NCBI RefSeq assembly: GCF_022045235.1
Contig: NW_027266330.1
Location: forward strand, 44,268,001 to 44,332,000
Reading direction: 5' to 3'
Source: Haliotis cracherodii
Lineage: Eukaryota
Length of the DNA: 64,000 nucleotides
In this document: in pieces, positions 27,100-40,835 of the stretch
Layout: each line of letters starts with the position of its first letter
How positions within the stretch are numbered: the first letter of the stretch is position 1
Program-made: the position numbers and the translations under genes
The notes under the pieces: generated by a model
What the model was told of the DNA's origin: nothing
The model's database searches: none
The model's input: the letters and a program-made list of their open reading frames with translations, nothing else

Positions 27100-30000
27100 G
27101 AAACATTCAACACGGGCATATAAAGGACATTCACCAGCGTAACGTACAGGACGTTCAACCCGACCATGTATAGACACTCATCAGAGTCACCTTCGGGGCG
27201 GTCTACACGGCCATGTATAAACACTCAGCAGTGTCACGTACAGGAATGTCTACACGGCAATGTATAAACACTCATCAGAGTCACCTTCATGGCGGTCTAC
27301 ACGGCCATGTATAAACACTCAGCAAAGTCACCTTCAGGGCGGTCTACACGGCCATGTATAAACACTCAGCAGTGTCACGTACAGGACGGTCTACACGGCC
27401 ATGTATAAACACTCATCAGAGTCACCTTCAGGGCGGTCTACACGGCCATGTATAAACACTCAGCAGTGTCACGTACAGGACGGTCTACACGGCCATGTAT
27501 AAACACTCAGCAGTGCCACGTACAGGGCTGTCGACACGGCCATGTAAAAACACTCAGCAGTGTCACGTACAGGGAGGTCTACACGGCCATCTATAAACAC
27601 TCATCAGAGTCACCTTCAGGGCGGTCTACACGGCCATCTATAAACACTCATCAATGTCACCTTCAGGGCGGTCTACATGGCCATGTATAAACACTCATCA
27701 GAGTCACCTTCAGGGCGGTCTACATGGCCATGTATAAACACTCATCAGAGTCACCTTCAGGGCGGTCGACAGTCCATGTATAAACACTCAGCAGTGTCAC
27801 GTACAGGATGGTCTACACGGCCTTGTATAAACACTCTGCAGTGTCATGTACAGGGAGGTCTACACGGCCATGAATAGACACTCAGCAGTGTCACGTACAG
27901 GACGGTCTACACGGCCATGTATAAACACTCAGCAGTGTCACGTACAGGGAGGTTTACACGGCCATCTATAAACACTCATCAGAGTCACCTTCAGGGCGGT
28001 CTACATGGCCATGTATAAACACTCATCAGAGTCACCTTCAGGGCGGTCGACAGTCCATGTATAAACACTCAGCAGTGTCACGTACAGGATGGTCTACACG
28101 GCCTTGTATAAACACTCTGCAGTGTCATGTACAGGGAGGTCTACACGGCCATGAATAGACACTCAGCAGTGTCACGTACAGGACGGTCTACACGGCCATG
28201 TATAAACACTCAGCAGTGTCACGTACAAGGCGGTCTACACGGCCATGTATAAACACTCAGCAGGGTCACGTACAGGGAGGTCTACACGGCCATGTATAAA
28301 CACTCAGCAGGGTCACGTACAGGGAGGTCTACACGGCCATGTATAAACACTCAGCAGTGTCACGTACAGGATGGTCTACACGGCCATGTATAAACACTCA
28401 GCAGTGTCACGTACAGGATGGTCTACACGGCCATGTATAAACACTCAGCAGTGTCACGTACAGGACGGTCTACACGGCCATGTATAAACACTCAGCAGGG
28501 TCACGTACAAGGCGGTCTACACGGCCATGTATAAACACTCAGCAGGGTCACGTACAGGGAGGTCTACACGGCCATGTAAAAACACTCAGCAGGGTCACGT
28601 ACAGGGCGGTCTACACGGCCATGTAAAAACACTCAGCAGGGTCACGCACAGGGCGGTCTACACGGCCATGTATAAACACTCAGCAGGGTCACGTACAGGG
28701 CGGTCTACATAGCCATTTATAAACACTCAGCAGTGCCACGTACAGAGAGGTCTACACGGCCATCTATAAACACTCATCAGAGTCACCTTCAGGGCGGTCT
28801 ACACGGCCATCTATAAACACTCAGCAATGTCACCTTCAGGGCGGTCTACACGGCCATGTATAAACACTCATCAGAGTCACCTTCAGGGCGGTCGACAGTC
28901 CATGTATAAACACTCAGCAGTGTCACGTACAGGATGGTCTACACGGCCTTGTATAAACACTCTGCAGTGTCATGTACAGGGAGGTCTACACGGCCATGAA
29001 TAGACACTCAGCAGTGTCACGTACAGGACGGTCTACACGGCCATGTATAAACACTCAGCAGTGTCACGTACAAGGCGGTCTACACGGCCATGTATAAACA
29101 CTCAGCAGTGTCACGTACAGGGAGGTCTACACGGCCATGTATAAACACTCAGCAGTGTCACGTACAGGATGGTCTACACGGCCTTGTATAAACACTCAGC
29201 AGTGTCACGTACAGGATGGTCTACACGGCCATGTATAAACACTCAGCAGTGTCACGTACAAGGCGGTCTACACGGCCATGTATAAACACTCAGCAGGGTC
29301 ACGTATAGGGAGGTCTACACGGCCATGTAAAAACACTCAGCAGGGTCACGTACAGGGCGGTCTACACGGCCATGTAAAAACACTCAGCAGGGTCACGCAC
29401 AGGGCGGTCTACACGGCCATGTATAAACACTCAGCAGGGTCACGTACAGGGAGGTCTACACGGCCATGTATAAACACTCAGCAGTGCCACGTACAGAGAG
29501 GTCTACACGGCCATCTATAAACACTCATCAGAGTCACCTTCAGGGCGGTCTACACGGCCATCTATAAACACTCAGCAATGTCACCTTCAGGGCGGTCTAC
29601 ACGGCCATGTATAAACACTCATCAGAGTCACGTACAGGACAGTCTACACGGCCATGTATAAACACTCAGCAGGGTCACGTACAGAGAGGTCTATACGGCC
29701 ATTTAAAAACACTCATCAGCGTCACCTTCAGGGCGGTCTACATAGCCATTTATAAACACTCATCAGAGTCACCTTCAGGGCGATCTACATGGCCATGTAT
29801 AAACACTCATCAGAGTCACCTTCAGAGCGATCTACATGGCCATGTATAAACACTCATCAGAGTCACCTTCAGGGCGGTCGACAGTCCATGTATAAACACT
29901 CTGCAGTGTCACGTACAGGACAGTCTACACGGCCATGTATAAACACTCAGCAGTGTCTTCACGTACAGGACGGTCTACATGGCCATGTATAAACACTCAT

Positions 30001-30514
30001 CAGAGTCACCTTCAGGGCGGTCTACACGGCCATGTATAAACACTCAGCAGGGTCACGTACAGGGAGGTCAACACGGCCATATATAAACACTCAGCAGGGT
30101 CACGTACAGGGAGGTCAACACGGCCATATATAAACACTCAGCAGGGTCACGTACAGGGAGGTCTACACGGCCATGTATAAACACTCAGTAGTGTCACGTG
30201 CAGGGCGGTCTACACGGCCATGTATAAACACTCAGCAGTGTCACGTACAGCGCGGTCTACACGGCCATGAATAAACACTCAGCGGTGTCACGTACAAAAC
30301 GTTCTATACAGCAATGTATAAACACTCAGCAGAGTCACGCACAGTTCGGTCTACACGGCCATGCATAAACACTCAGCAGGGTCACGCACAGGGCGGTCTA
30401 CACGGCCATATATAAACACTCAGCAGGGTCACGTACAGGGAGGTCTACACGGCCATGCATAAACACTCAGCAGGGTCACTTACAGGGCGGTCTACACGGC
30501 CAGGTATAAACACT
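27100..30514. repeat. 47-bp minisatellite, left arm (~72 units)
   Basis: Unit TATAAACACTCAGCAGTGTCACGTACAGGGCGGTCTACACGGCCATG. Confidence 0.98.
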
Positions 30515-31118
30515 TTGATTGGGTTGATGATGTTAATTTGTCCAGGAGCTCTCGTGTTTTTCTATGGTCCAGTGAATATAGATGTAGACTTGAATACCAG
30601 CAAGGTTGCTGGTTGTGACTTCAAACCCAGGTTTCAGCAATGAAGTTTTTTTTTAAATCTGAAATATATATTGAAGCCTCAGTCTCACTTCTTCCTGTCA
30701 TGTGATCGGGTGTGAGCACCCAATCTCCACGCATCTGTTGCCTGCCGATTGTCACAGTCTGTATGAATGTATGTTGGAGCACATTTTTTTCTAAACCTCG
30801 TCACCTCGTCACTTCGTCACTAGAAGCATCAATTCAACGTTAACAGCTCGCGATGCAAACGAAACTTTCAGTGTGAGACGTTGAAAGATATGACACTGAC
30901 AATAAATTCCATGTGATGCGAGCGTTTCAGAGGTTTTGTGTTCTTCCATCTACACTTGTTTAGAAACCTTACAGACCGTGATAGGCAGGCAACATATCAA
31001 CGTTAACTCCGCCGTGATGTTCATGGAGTGTGCGGAGGGCCATGTGTGTTTAACTACTGTAAATGTAAACCGTTACAAGTTTTGATGGCCAGCAGTGTTG
31101 ACTGTATGAGAACAATCC

Positions 31119-34100
31119 TTGGAAGATTGGAAGGTCAGCAGTGTCCCTGATGGACAGAATGTTGAGAAAAACTTTCACCGTGAGAATCCTTTGGATGGTG
31201 AGAATGATGATTGTGGACGTTTACGTCAACAGAGAACTTTAACAGAAAAGAGAATCAGTGAACATTTACGTTTTATGAAAGCTAAAACTGTTGCTGCTCT
31301 TTCAGCTTGTACAAAGAAGAAACATGGACTTGATCGTTTGATGGACAATTATGACAATTTGCATTCGGTCAACACTGGTTTTGATAGATTTAATTATTTG
31401 TTTTTCTCTTACAGATCATGTGTAGATCTTTCTTGCAGTGAACTTGAGGAAGATGAGAACGCTGATGTCATGAAGAGACTTTGCTGCAAGATCTGCCAAT
31501 GAACCAACCTTTGGTAAGCAGGCTCTTTCTTACAAACATGAAGACACTAAACGTAAGGATAAGCATCCTGATAAGAATAAACAGTCTTCTAGCAAGTCTC
31601 ATTCAACTACTTTTGAAACTCAAGTTACTACTGACACATCTAAACGATGTTATTTTTGTAAGCAATCACATGACCTTGATGACTGTAAGACATTTCTACA
31701 GAAATCTTTAGATGAATGGCAGGCATATATATAAGAAAATAGCAGGTGCTTCAGTTGCTATGGCTTGAATCACGCATCCGAGGGTTTTTATGAAGAAGAG
31801 GACTTGTAAATATTACAGTAAGCGTCACCCACCCGCTCTTCATGATACTCACTTTCAGCCAATCAGGAGGCAGCAACTCTCTGACTCAACAGAAGAGAAG
31901 ACTAGTGATGACACTTCTGTAAAACAGGTAACTACAGGTGCTACATTCTATGGTTCTCAACGATCCAATGTGTCTTACACCATCCTGCAGCCTATTCTTC
32001 CGGTTCAAGTGAGACAACGTATGCCATGCTGGATAATGGCAGCACAGGATACTTCATTACTGAAGACCTTAAGGACAAACCCCGACAACATTGAAGCTGC
32101 AAACGATGAATGGAACTGAGTTAGACCTTAGGAAAACTCCTGGCGAGCGTGGTTACTCTGCTGAAGATCAACGTTTCATGAAGGAGAATGAGGAAGATCT
32201 GAGGTTTGTGGATGGTCATTTTGAAATTCCTCTTCCATTCAGAAATGATAGTTTGATGCCCTGTAATAAAAACAAGCCGTGAAAAGAATTCTGTGGCAAA
32301 AAGAGAAAATGTTAAAGAATGATACTTACCAAAAAATTGTGAAATTCATGAGCACAATATTGGCTAAAGGATATGCAACTGAAATTCCCGAAGACAAGCT
32401 ACCTGGTAAGCCTGGACATCTTTGGTACCTATCCCATCATGGAGTTTATCATCCCCAAAAGACTAACAAAATAGGGGGCACGGGTGGCGCAGTCGTCTAA
32501 AGCGCCGCGATTCGCTGTGCAGAGTTGCGTCCCTTGGACACGCCAGAAACCTATGATTGTGGGTTCGAATCCCGGTTCGCCCCAATTATGTTTCTAGGTC
32601 TGTCAGCACCATACCCGTGCTCGTGGGTTTCACCGAAGTGGTAAACGTCTGAGACCTACATCACTTCGGGCTTTCCTCCCACATTAAGCTGACACGCCGC
32701 GATATAACTGGAATACTGTTAAAAGCGGCGTTAAACCCAACTCACTCACTCACTCACTCACTCACTAACAAAATAAGAGTCGTCTTTGACTGCAGTGCCA
32801 AATCTGATGGGTTTTCTATTAATGGTGTTCTTCTCCAAGGCCCTGACTTAACCAACTCTCTCATCGGTGTTTTGACTCGATTTCGATTAGATCAAGTTGC
32901 TTTTATGGGAGATGTGGAATCGATGTTCCATTAGGCGAAAGTTCCTCAGAAGCATCATGACTATTTACGTTTTCTATGGTGGCCTGATGGTGACGTCCAC
33001 AATGAATTGTAAGAGTACCGCATGACAGCGCACACCTTTGGAACTGTTTCTTCTCCAACGATTGCAAATTATGCTTTGAGAAGTACTGCAAGCAAAGCAA
33101 GAGGCAAATATTATGACAAAGTGGCACAAACCATTGAATTGAACTTCTATGTTGACGATTGTTTGAAGTCTGCAGAAAACGATGAACTAGCAACTCATTT
33201 GATTAGAAACCTGAGGCAGGCATGTGTAGATGGTGGTTTCAATCTAACAAAGTTTACAAGCAACAGCAAAGCAGTGTTATTTACAATTCCTCAAGAACAT
33301 CGTTCAAAGGAAATACAAGTTGTTGATTTTAGCTATGATGTTGTTCCAATGAAGAGAGCACTGGGCATGCAATGGGACATTCCTTGGATAGTTTTAAGTA
33401 TATGGGTGGACTTGCCTGAAAAAACATTCACTAGAAGAGGAATTCTGTCCATGGTATCATCACTATATGACCCCCTGAGCTTGTATCCCCTGTGTTGCTG
33501 TCAGCAAAGAAGATACTTAAAGATCTGTGCAAGGACAAATCTCTTGACTGGGATGAGGATGTCGGACCTGGACACACGTGCCGTTGGTTGGAATGGCTTC
33601 AGGATATGGAATTGCTCAATATTTTGACAGTAAGAAGATGTCTGAAACCTCCATTCTTTGGCAAAGTTGCTTCTCGACAGCTTCAAATATTGTCAGATGC
33701 TAGTACTACAGGCTGTGGTTTTTCTGCCTACATCAGATTATTCGATGTCAGTGGAAGCATTCACACTTCTCTACTTCTTGGAAAAGCTAGACTAGGTCCC
33801 TTGAAACTTCAAACAATTCCACGATTAGAGTTGACAGCAGCTACTGTTTCTGTGAAGATTGGTCAGTTTTTGCTGAAGGAACTGGATCTGGATATCGATA
33901 GTATCACTTACTATACAGACTCCACTACTGTTCTCCATTACATTAGCAATGAGAAAAGCAGATTTCCAGTCTTTGTGACCAACAGAGTGAAGTTGATTAG
34001 AGATTATACTAATCACACGAACAGTGGAAGTACATAGCTTCTAAATCCAATCCAGCTGACGTTGCTTCCCGAGGATATAGCTGTTCAAAATTCTTGACAT

Positions 34101-35731
34101 GCAAAGACTGGTTTGATGGAACATCATTCTTGAGACTGCCAGATTCTAAATTTCCTGTATCTGAATTTCATGAATCAACAGAAACTTTAGGTATCACAAC
34201 TTCACATGAAGGGAAATATTCCTGCAATGTAGATACTGTGGATAGACTTATCCATCATTATTCTTCCTGGTATCAGTTGAAAAGATCAGTGGCAAGCTAC
34301 CGCAGATTCTTCAATTTTCTTCAAATAAAATCTTAGCAAAACAGTGCTGAAACGAAAGACAGATGCTCAGTAAATGCACCAGTGTCTGTTCAAGAGCTTA
34401 AAGATTCAGAAAGCAGTATACTCATTTTTGTTCAGAAAGCAGTATATGAACCTGAAGTTGCCATGATTTCAGGACACAGAGAACAAGACATGTCATTGAA
34501 GTTGCCAAGAAATAGTTCAATTCGATGTTTGGATCCAGTTATCATCAGTGGTTTGCTATGTGTGGGTGGACGGTTAAGCAAGGCTGATATATCTGATGGG
34601 ATGAAGTATCCAATTCTACTGCCTCGTAAAAGTCATGTAGCTATACTCATTGTTCGCCAAATCCATGGTAGTTTAGGGCATGTTGGCAGAAGTCATGCCA
34701 TATCTGCTCTGAGGGGAAGAGTATTGGATTCCAAATGCCAACTCTGCTGTGAGAAGTATGGTTTGTAGAAGATTTAAGAAGCCAAGCAGTGTGCAGATGA
34801 TGTCTGATGTACCTGCTAGCCGTGTTCAGGCATCACCACTTTTCACGTCTACTGGACTTGATTTTTTTTGACCTCATACTGTCAAGGAAGGACGCAAGAA
34901 CGTGAAACGGTATGGCGTTCTATTCACTTGTCTTGCTAGCAGAGCGGTGCATATCGAGACTGCCAATTCCCAAGACACCGACTCATTCATAAATTCACTT
35001 AGCTATTTCATTGTTCGTAGAGGACCTGTCAAAGAAATCTTTTGTGACAATTGTACAGACTTCGTAAGTGGATCCAGAGAACTTCGTCAGGCAATTGAAG
35101 ATATAGATCAGTCTAAAACTCAGTCTTACTTCCTCAAACAAAACATCATCTGGAAGTTTAATCCGCCCTCAGCTAGTCACATTGAAGGTGTGTGGGAAAG
35201 ATTGATAAGGTCGGTTTGGAACGTTCTCAATCCACTTCTACAAGAATTTGGTGAACGCCTTGATGACGAGCTGTATACAACTTTACTCAGTGAAGTTGAT
35301 GCCATTCTCAATTCAAGGCCTCTTACAACTGTATCCAGTGATCCCAGGGACCTCCATCCAATCTCTGGTAAATGCAAGTGCTTATATCCCACCTCCTGCA
35401 GTGTTTCAGCCCTCTGCTGTATATGCACGTCGTCGATGGAGACGGGTACAACACCTAGCTGAAGTCTTCAGGTCCCGCTGGAAGAAGGAATATCTCTGTT
35501 TACTGCAACACAGACAGAAATGGTACACTCCACATCGCAACTTTCAGTATAATGATGTTGTACTTATCAAAGATGACAATTTCCCCAGAAGTGCCTGGTC
35601 CATGGCTCGTGTCAGTAGGACTGAACCTGACGGTGCTGGCAAAGTGAGAAGTGTGGTACTCAAGACAAAAGACTCGGAACTTTGAAGGCCAATTCACAAA
35701 CTTGTCCTGCTTGTCCCAGCTGATGCTGAAT
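31119..35731 (+). pseudogene. BEL/Pao gag-pol, disrupted by stops, frameshifts, deletions and a SINE
   Basis: Gag knuckles CYFCKQSHDLDDC and CFSCYGLNH. Protease [44 protein letters not shown]. RNase H SDAS, IPRLEL, TDS. Integrase KRYGVLFTCLASRAVHIE, GVWERLIRS, LNSRPL, RWKKEYL. Confidence 0.95.
32474..32763 (+). mobile_element. Full-length tRNA-derived SINE family A inside the BEL RT
   Basis: Perfect 12-bp TSD actaacaaaata (32462-32473 and 32764-32775). A box TGGCGCAGTCG, B box GGTTCGAATCC, (CTCA)n tail. Removing it restores [10 protein letters not shown]. Confidence 0.95.
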
Positions 35732-36287
35732 AGTTATGTACTGCAGTTGAATATCATAGTTACATCTTACATTTCCTTTATCTGTTAAACACCTTAAGTG
35801 TGTTAAAGGGACTGGATGTGAATATGCCAAGATGAAAGTTGTTTTCTATTGATTAGGTTTATGATGTTAATTTGTCCAGGAGCTCTCATGCTTCTCTGTG
35901 GTCCAATGGATATAGATGTAGACTTGAATACCAGCAAGGTTGCTGGTTGTGACTTCAAACCCAGGTTTCAGCAATGAGTTTTTTTGTATAATCTGAAATG
36001 TATATTGAAGTCCAAGTTTCACTTCCTCTTGTCATGTGATCAGGTGTGAGCACACAATCTCCATGCATAAGATTTACAGATCCTCCATGTTGTCTGTATG
36101 AAAGTATGTTGGAGCACATTTTTTTTCTAAACCTCGTCACATCGTCACTTCGTCACTAGAAGCATCAGTACAACGTGACAGTTCGTGATGCAAACGAAAC
36201 TTTCAGTGTGAAACGTTGAAAGATATGACACTGACAATAAATTCCCTGTGATGCGAGCGTTTCAGAGGTTTTGTGTTCTTGCATCTA

Positions 36288-37400
36288 AACACTCAGTGGG
36301 GTCACGTACAGGGGGGCTAAACGGCCTTCTATAAACACTCAGCAGGGTCACGTACAATACGGTCTCCCCGGCAATGTGTAAACACTCAGCAGGGTCACCT
36401 TCAGGGCGGTCTACACGGCCATGTATAAACACTCAGCAGGGTCACGTACGAGACGGTCTACAAGGCCATGCATAAACACTCAGCAGGGTTACGTACAAGA
36501 CGGTCTACACGGCCATGTATAAACACTCAGCAGTGTCACGTTCAGGGCGGTCTACACGGCCATGTATAAACACTTAGCAGGGTCACGTACAGGACAGTCT
36601 ACAGGGCCATGCATAAACACTCAGCAGGGTCACGTATAAGACGGCCTACACGGCCATGTATAAACACTCAGCAGGGTCACGCACAGGACGGCCTACACGG
36701 CCATGTATAAACACTCAGCAGGGTCACGCACAGGACGGCCTACACGGCCATGTATAAATACTCAGCAGGGTCACGCACAGGACGGCCTACACGGCCATGT
36801 ATAAACACTCAGCAGGGTCACGCACAGGACGGCCTACACGGCCATGTATAAACACTCAGCAGGGTCACGTACAGGGCGGCCTACACGGCCATGTATAAAT
36901 ACTCAGCAGGGTCACGCACAGGACGGCCTACACGGCCATGTATAAACACTCAGCAGGGTCACGCACAGGACGGCCTACACGGCCATGTATAAATACTCAG
37001 CAGGGTCACGCACAGGACAGCCTACAGGGCCATGCATAAACACTCAGCAGGGTCACGTACGAGACGGTCTACACGGCCATGTATAAACACTCAGCAGGGT
37101 CATGTACAGGACGGCCTACACTGCCATGCATAAACACTCAGCAGGGTTACGTACAAGACGGTCTACACGGCCATGTATAAACACTCAACATGGTCACGAA
37201 CGAGACGTTCTACATGGCCATATATAAACGCTAAGCAGGGTCACGTACAGGGCGGTCTACACGGCCATGTATAAACACTCAGCAAGGTGACGTACAGGAG
37301 GCCTACACGACGATGTGTAAACACTCTACAGGGTTACGGACAAGACGGTCTACGTATAAACACTCAGCAGGGTCGCGTAAATGACCGTATACTAGTATGT
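36288..37400. repeat. 47-bp minisatellite, right arm (~23 units)
   Basis: Same unit and orientation as 27100-30514. Confidence 0.97.
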
Positions 37401-38179
37401 ATACGATACTCATGATGGTCACGCAATGGACATTCTGCACAGGCATGTACAAAAACCGCTGTGCGAACAGAAGAATATTAAAAAACTCACGAGGGTGTGA
37501 ATGCATATTAATCATACGTATGTATCTTAATAATATACTCAACCACACACACATGGCGTGTGCACACAACAATTACCCCAGTAGACTCACGTCATGGGCA
37601 ACATTCCAGTAATATAACAGTTTCTACCATTGTTATCTCAACTGCCAGCCTGTTGTCATTAGGTAAGTGTAGTGTTACCAACACAATTGTAAACAATTAA
37701 TATAGATTATAAAACTGTCGGTATCTCGGTTCATTATAAGTTTCTACTGGTTTGGTTTAGGGGTCCACCCACGTGACACCGACACTGCTTTTTAAGATAT
37801 CACCATATGCTTGGCTCCAAAGGGTCTTCAAGTGTATGGTTTATCGACCACCGGCAGTCGTGGATGTTACAATATGCCATCAAAGGCATAACTTGAGTTG
37901 ATTCAAGTTATTATGTCTTCATGTAGCAGTATTAGATATATGACTTTCTTTATTCCAGAAATAAAGACAATAAAAGGGAAACAAAAATCTTTAAAATGAT
38001 GTACAATTTCGTTTTCTAATTTATTCATCCCAAAATACTGGGATCTTGATAAAAGAATAAGGTCCAAAGGAGAATAACTAATTTGCGTGACTCGCACATT
38101 TTCATCTCATTGTCAATTATGTTGTTGGGCAACTGTACACATGCTGCATGGATATTATTGTTCACGGAGTTCTTATAGA

Positions 38180-39090
38180 CAGTAACGATATGTTGTAGAT
38201 GGTAACAAAATGTTGTATGTATATATGTTGTAGATAGTATCGAAATGTTGTATGTATATGTATTGTACATATGTTGTAGATAGTAACGATATGTTGTACA
38301 TAGTAACGATATGTTGTATGTACATATGTTGTAGATAGTAACGATATGTTGCATGTATATATGTTGTATAAAGTAATGGTATGTTGTGTATAGTAACGAT
38401 ATGTTGTATGTACATATGTTGTAGATAGTAACGATATGTTGTAGATAGTTACGATATGTTGTATGTACATATGTTGTAGATAGTAACGATATGTTGCATG
38501 TATATATGTTGTAGATAGTATCGATATGTTGCATGTACATATGTTGTATATAGTAATGGTATGTTGTGTATAGTAACGATATGTTGTATATAGTAACGAT
38601 ATGTTGTATGTAAATATATTGTAGATAGTAACGATATGTTGTATGTACATATGTTGTAGATAGTAACGATATGTTGTATATAGTAACGATATGTTGTATG
38701 TAAATATATTGTAGATAGTAACGATATGTTGTATGTACATATGTTGTAGATAGTAACGATATGTTGTAGATAGTAACGATATGTTGAATGTATATATGTT
38801 GTAGATAGTATCGATATGTGGCATGTACATATGTTGTATATAGTAATGGTATGTTGTGTATAGTAACGATATGTTGTATATAGTAACGATATGTTGTATG
38901 TACATATATTGTAGATAGTAACGACATGTTGTAGTTACATATGTTGTAGATAGTAACGATATGCTGTAGATAGTAAAGATATGTTGTATGTGTATATGTT
39001 GTAGATAGTAACGATATGTTGTATGTATATATGTTGTAGATGGTATCGATATGTTGCATGTACATATGTTGTATATAGTAAATATGTTGC
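38180..39090. repeat. Composite 21/35-bp AT-rich minisatellite
   Basis: GTAGATAGTAACGATATGTT alternating with GTATGTACATATGTT. Confidence 0.95.
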
Positions 39091-39408
39091 GTGTATATCT
39101 GCTGCAAAGAACCTATTACTTCTTGGCATATACCAGCTAACACACGGAAAGATTTCTAAACTGTCAAACAGATCTGAACATGTATTTCTCAAATTGCAAA
39201 TCAATGCTGTATGCAGGGAGAATTTCATCGCTAACCACGGAAGAAAGATAATTAAACATCTTTTATAAATACCTAAATCAATACACGTATCGACCTTTTT
39301 CCAGCATCGTCCAACATTAAACAAGAACACGTGTCATTAGACAAGCGTAACTGTCACAATAAGGACAACTGTAGAGAATACAAGTCAACTTGTTGGCACC
39401 GAATACGT

Positions 39409-39678
39409 TTGTTTGTTTTTGTTGTTTTGTTTTTGTTTATTTGTTTGTTGATTGTTTAACTCCGCACTCGGCAATATTCCATCTATATGAATGCGGTCTA
39501 TAAATAACCGAATCCGGACCAGACAATCAAGTGATTGACATCATGAGCGTCGATCCACGCAATTGTGAAACGATAACATGCATCGACCAAGTCAGCGAGC
39601 CTGACCACCCGATCCCGTTACAGTCACTTTTTACGACAAGCATGGGTTGCGGAAGACCTATTCTAACACAGATCTTCA
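39409..39678 (-). mobile_element. SINE-like family C
   Basis: Reverse complement of 13865-14115. Flanking direct repeat cgaatacgt at 39400-39408 and 39679-39687. Confidence 0.85.
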
Positions 39679-40153
39679 CGAATACGTACACACTCGCGTA
39701 ACATATCAACATTCCACTCATTTGAAGGTAGGCCTGTGTTGTTAGGCTACAATGTGTTTGGGTCGTCGTGAATTCGGTATATTAGCCTGTGTCAGTAATT
39801 GGTTAAAGGATTGTCTTGTCCATAACCTCACTAGATGATTAAAGGAATACCGTGTCCTGTTTCAGTGGTAGACAAAAATAATACCACCTCTTGAATCTAT
39901 TATTTTTCTATAAATAGAACTTGTAGGACCAGGGGAATATTAAATATTTAAGACAAGTTATTACTTTTTTTAATCACTTCAATGACAATTAAAGTTGCAA
40001 CGATTGGCCATGTTATCAAAACACGTTTCACCAAGTTGCTGTATATCTAGAAAGTCAAGGTTTAGAATATACTCGTTCGCAAAGATCCTAAAACTAATTT
40101 CAGTTTTCCACGACTCTCATTAACCAACACAAAATGTATGTTGTATTGTTCAC

Positions 40154-40320
40154 CCATGTCTGAAGCGCGTATGATGGACAAACCATGTTCCTCCACACAG
40201 AATGTGGCATGATCAGTTTGTGAATGAGCGGCACCAGTGGCAACGAGCAGACCTCAGTTCCAGCCGTATTCTGAAGCACCAGGCAACTCAGCTGGGTGTC
40301 ACCCAGCATATCAATCTGGC
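40154..40320 (-). pseudogene. Exon-like block, 55 open codons (QIDMLGDTQLSCLVLQNTAG...YALQTW)
   Basis: Acceptor gatacgttgcag. A 68-nt CAG/gtaatt intron (40321-40388) links it in phase to an upstream stop-containing block. Confidence 0.5.
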
Positions 40321-40521
40321 CTGCAACGTATCACACAAGTGGCTATTAGCGAGGTCCTAAAAGACACGACTCTATCTTCTGTAATTACCTGTGGAGATCA
40401 CGTTATGCTTTCAGCACACGTTGAGGTAACATTTCCCCTGGTGTTCCTAGGACCCGTAGATGAGAATATGTCATTCTGTTACAATACATCAAGTGCTTGT
40501 TTTATCTGACATTAAAAACGC

Positions 40522-40835
40522 GAGGTGAGGCGAAATGGGGTTTAACGTCGCGTTCAAGACTATTGCACTCACATACCAACATACATGCACATGTACGTGC
40601 GTGCGTCCGTGGCTGTGTGCGTGCGTATGTGTGTGTATGTGCCGCAATTTAACATGGGTACCCCACTCAGACACAGTATACTGATTCCGAGCAGACTAGG
40701 CCTTGTGCTATTCCTTTAATGCCGAGCGCCAGGTGTGGTAACAACAAGTACATTACATTAACGTATTTTAATATGGCGCCGACAACCGACATTCCGGTCT
40801 CCGTCAAACGCTCTACCACTATACCACGAAGGCAG
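40522..40835 (-). mobile_element. SINE family D copy whose head runs into the 51-bp array
   Basis: gaaatggggtttaacgtcgcgt and accccactcagacacagtatactga..ttaatgccgagcgccag match the reverse complement of 16316-16592. Confidence 0.85.

Larger units (their letters stand above)
30515..36287 (+). mobile_element. BEL/Pao LTR retrotransposon, decayed, with both outer LTR ends missing
   Basis: Direct repeats 30515-30952 and 35849-36287 (about 90% identical by eye). Purine tract aaagggactgga followed by TG at 35817. Internal order gag-PR-RT-RH-IN. Confidence 0.97.
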
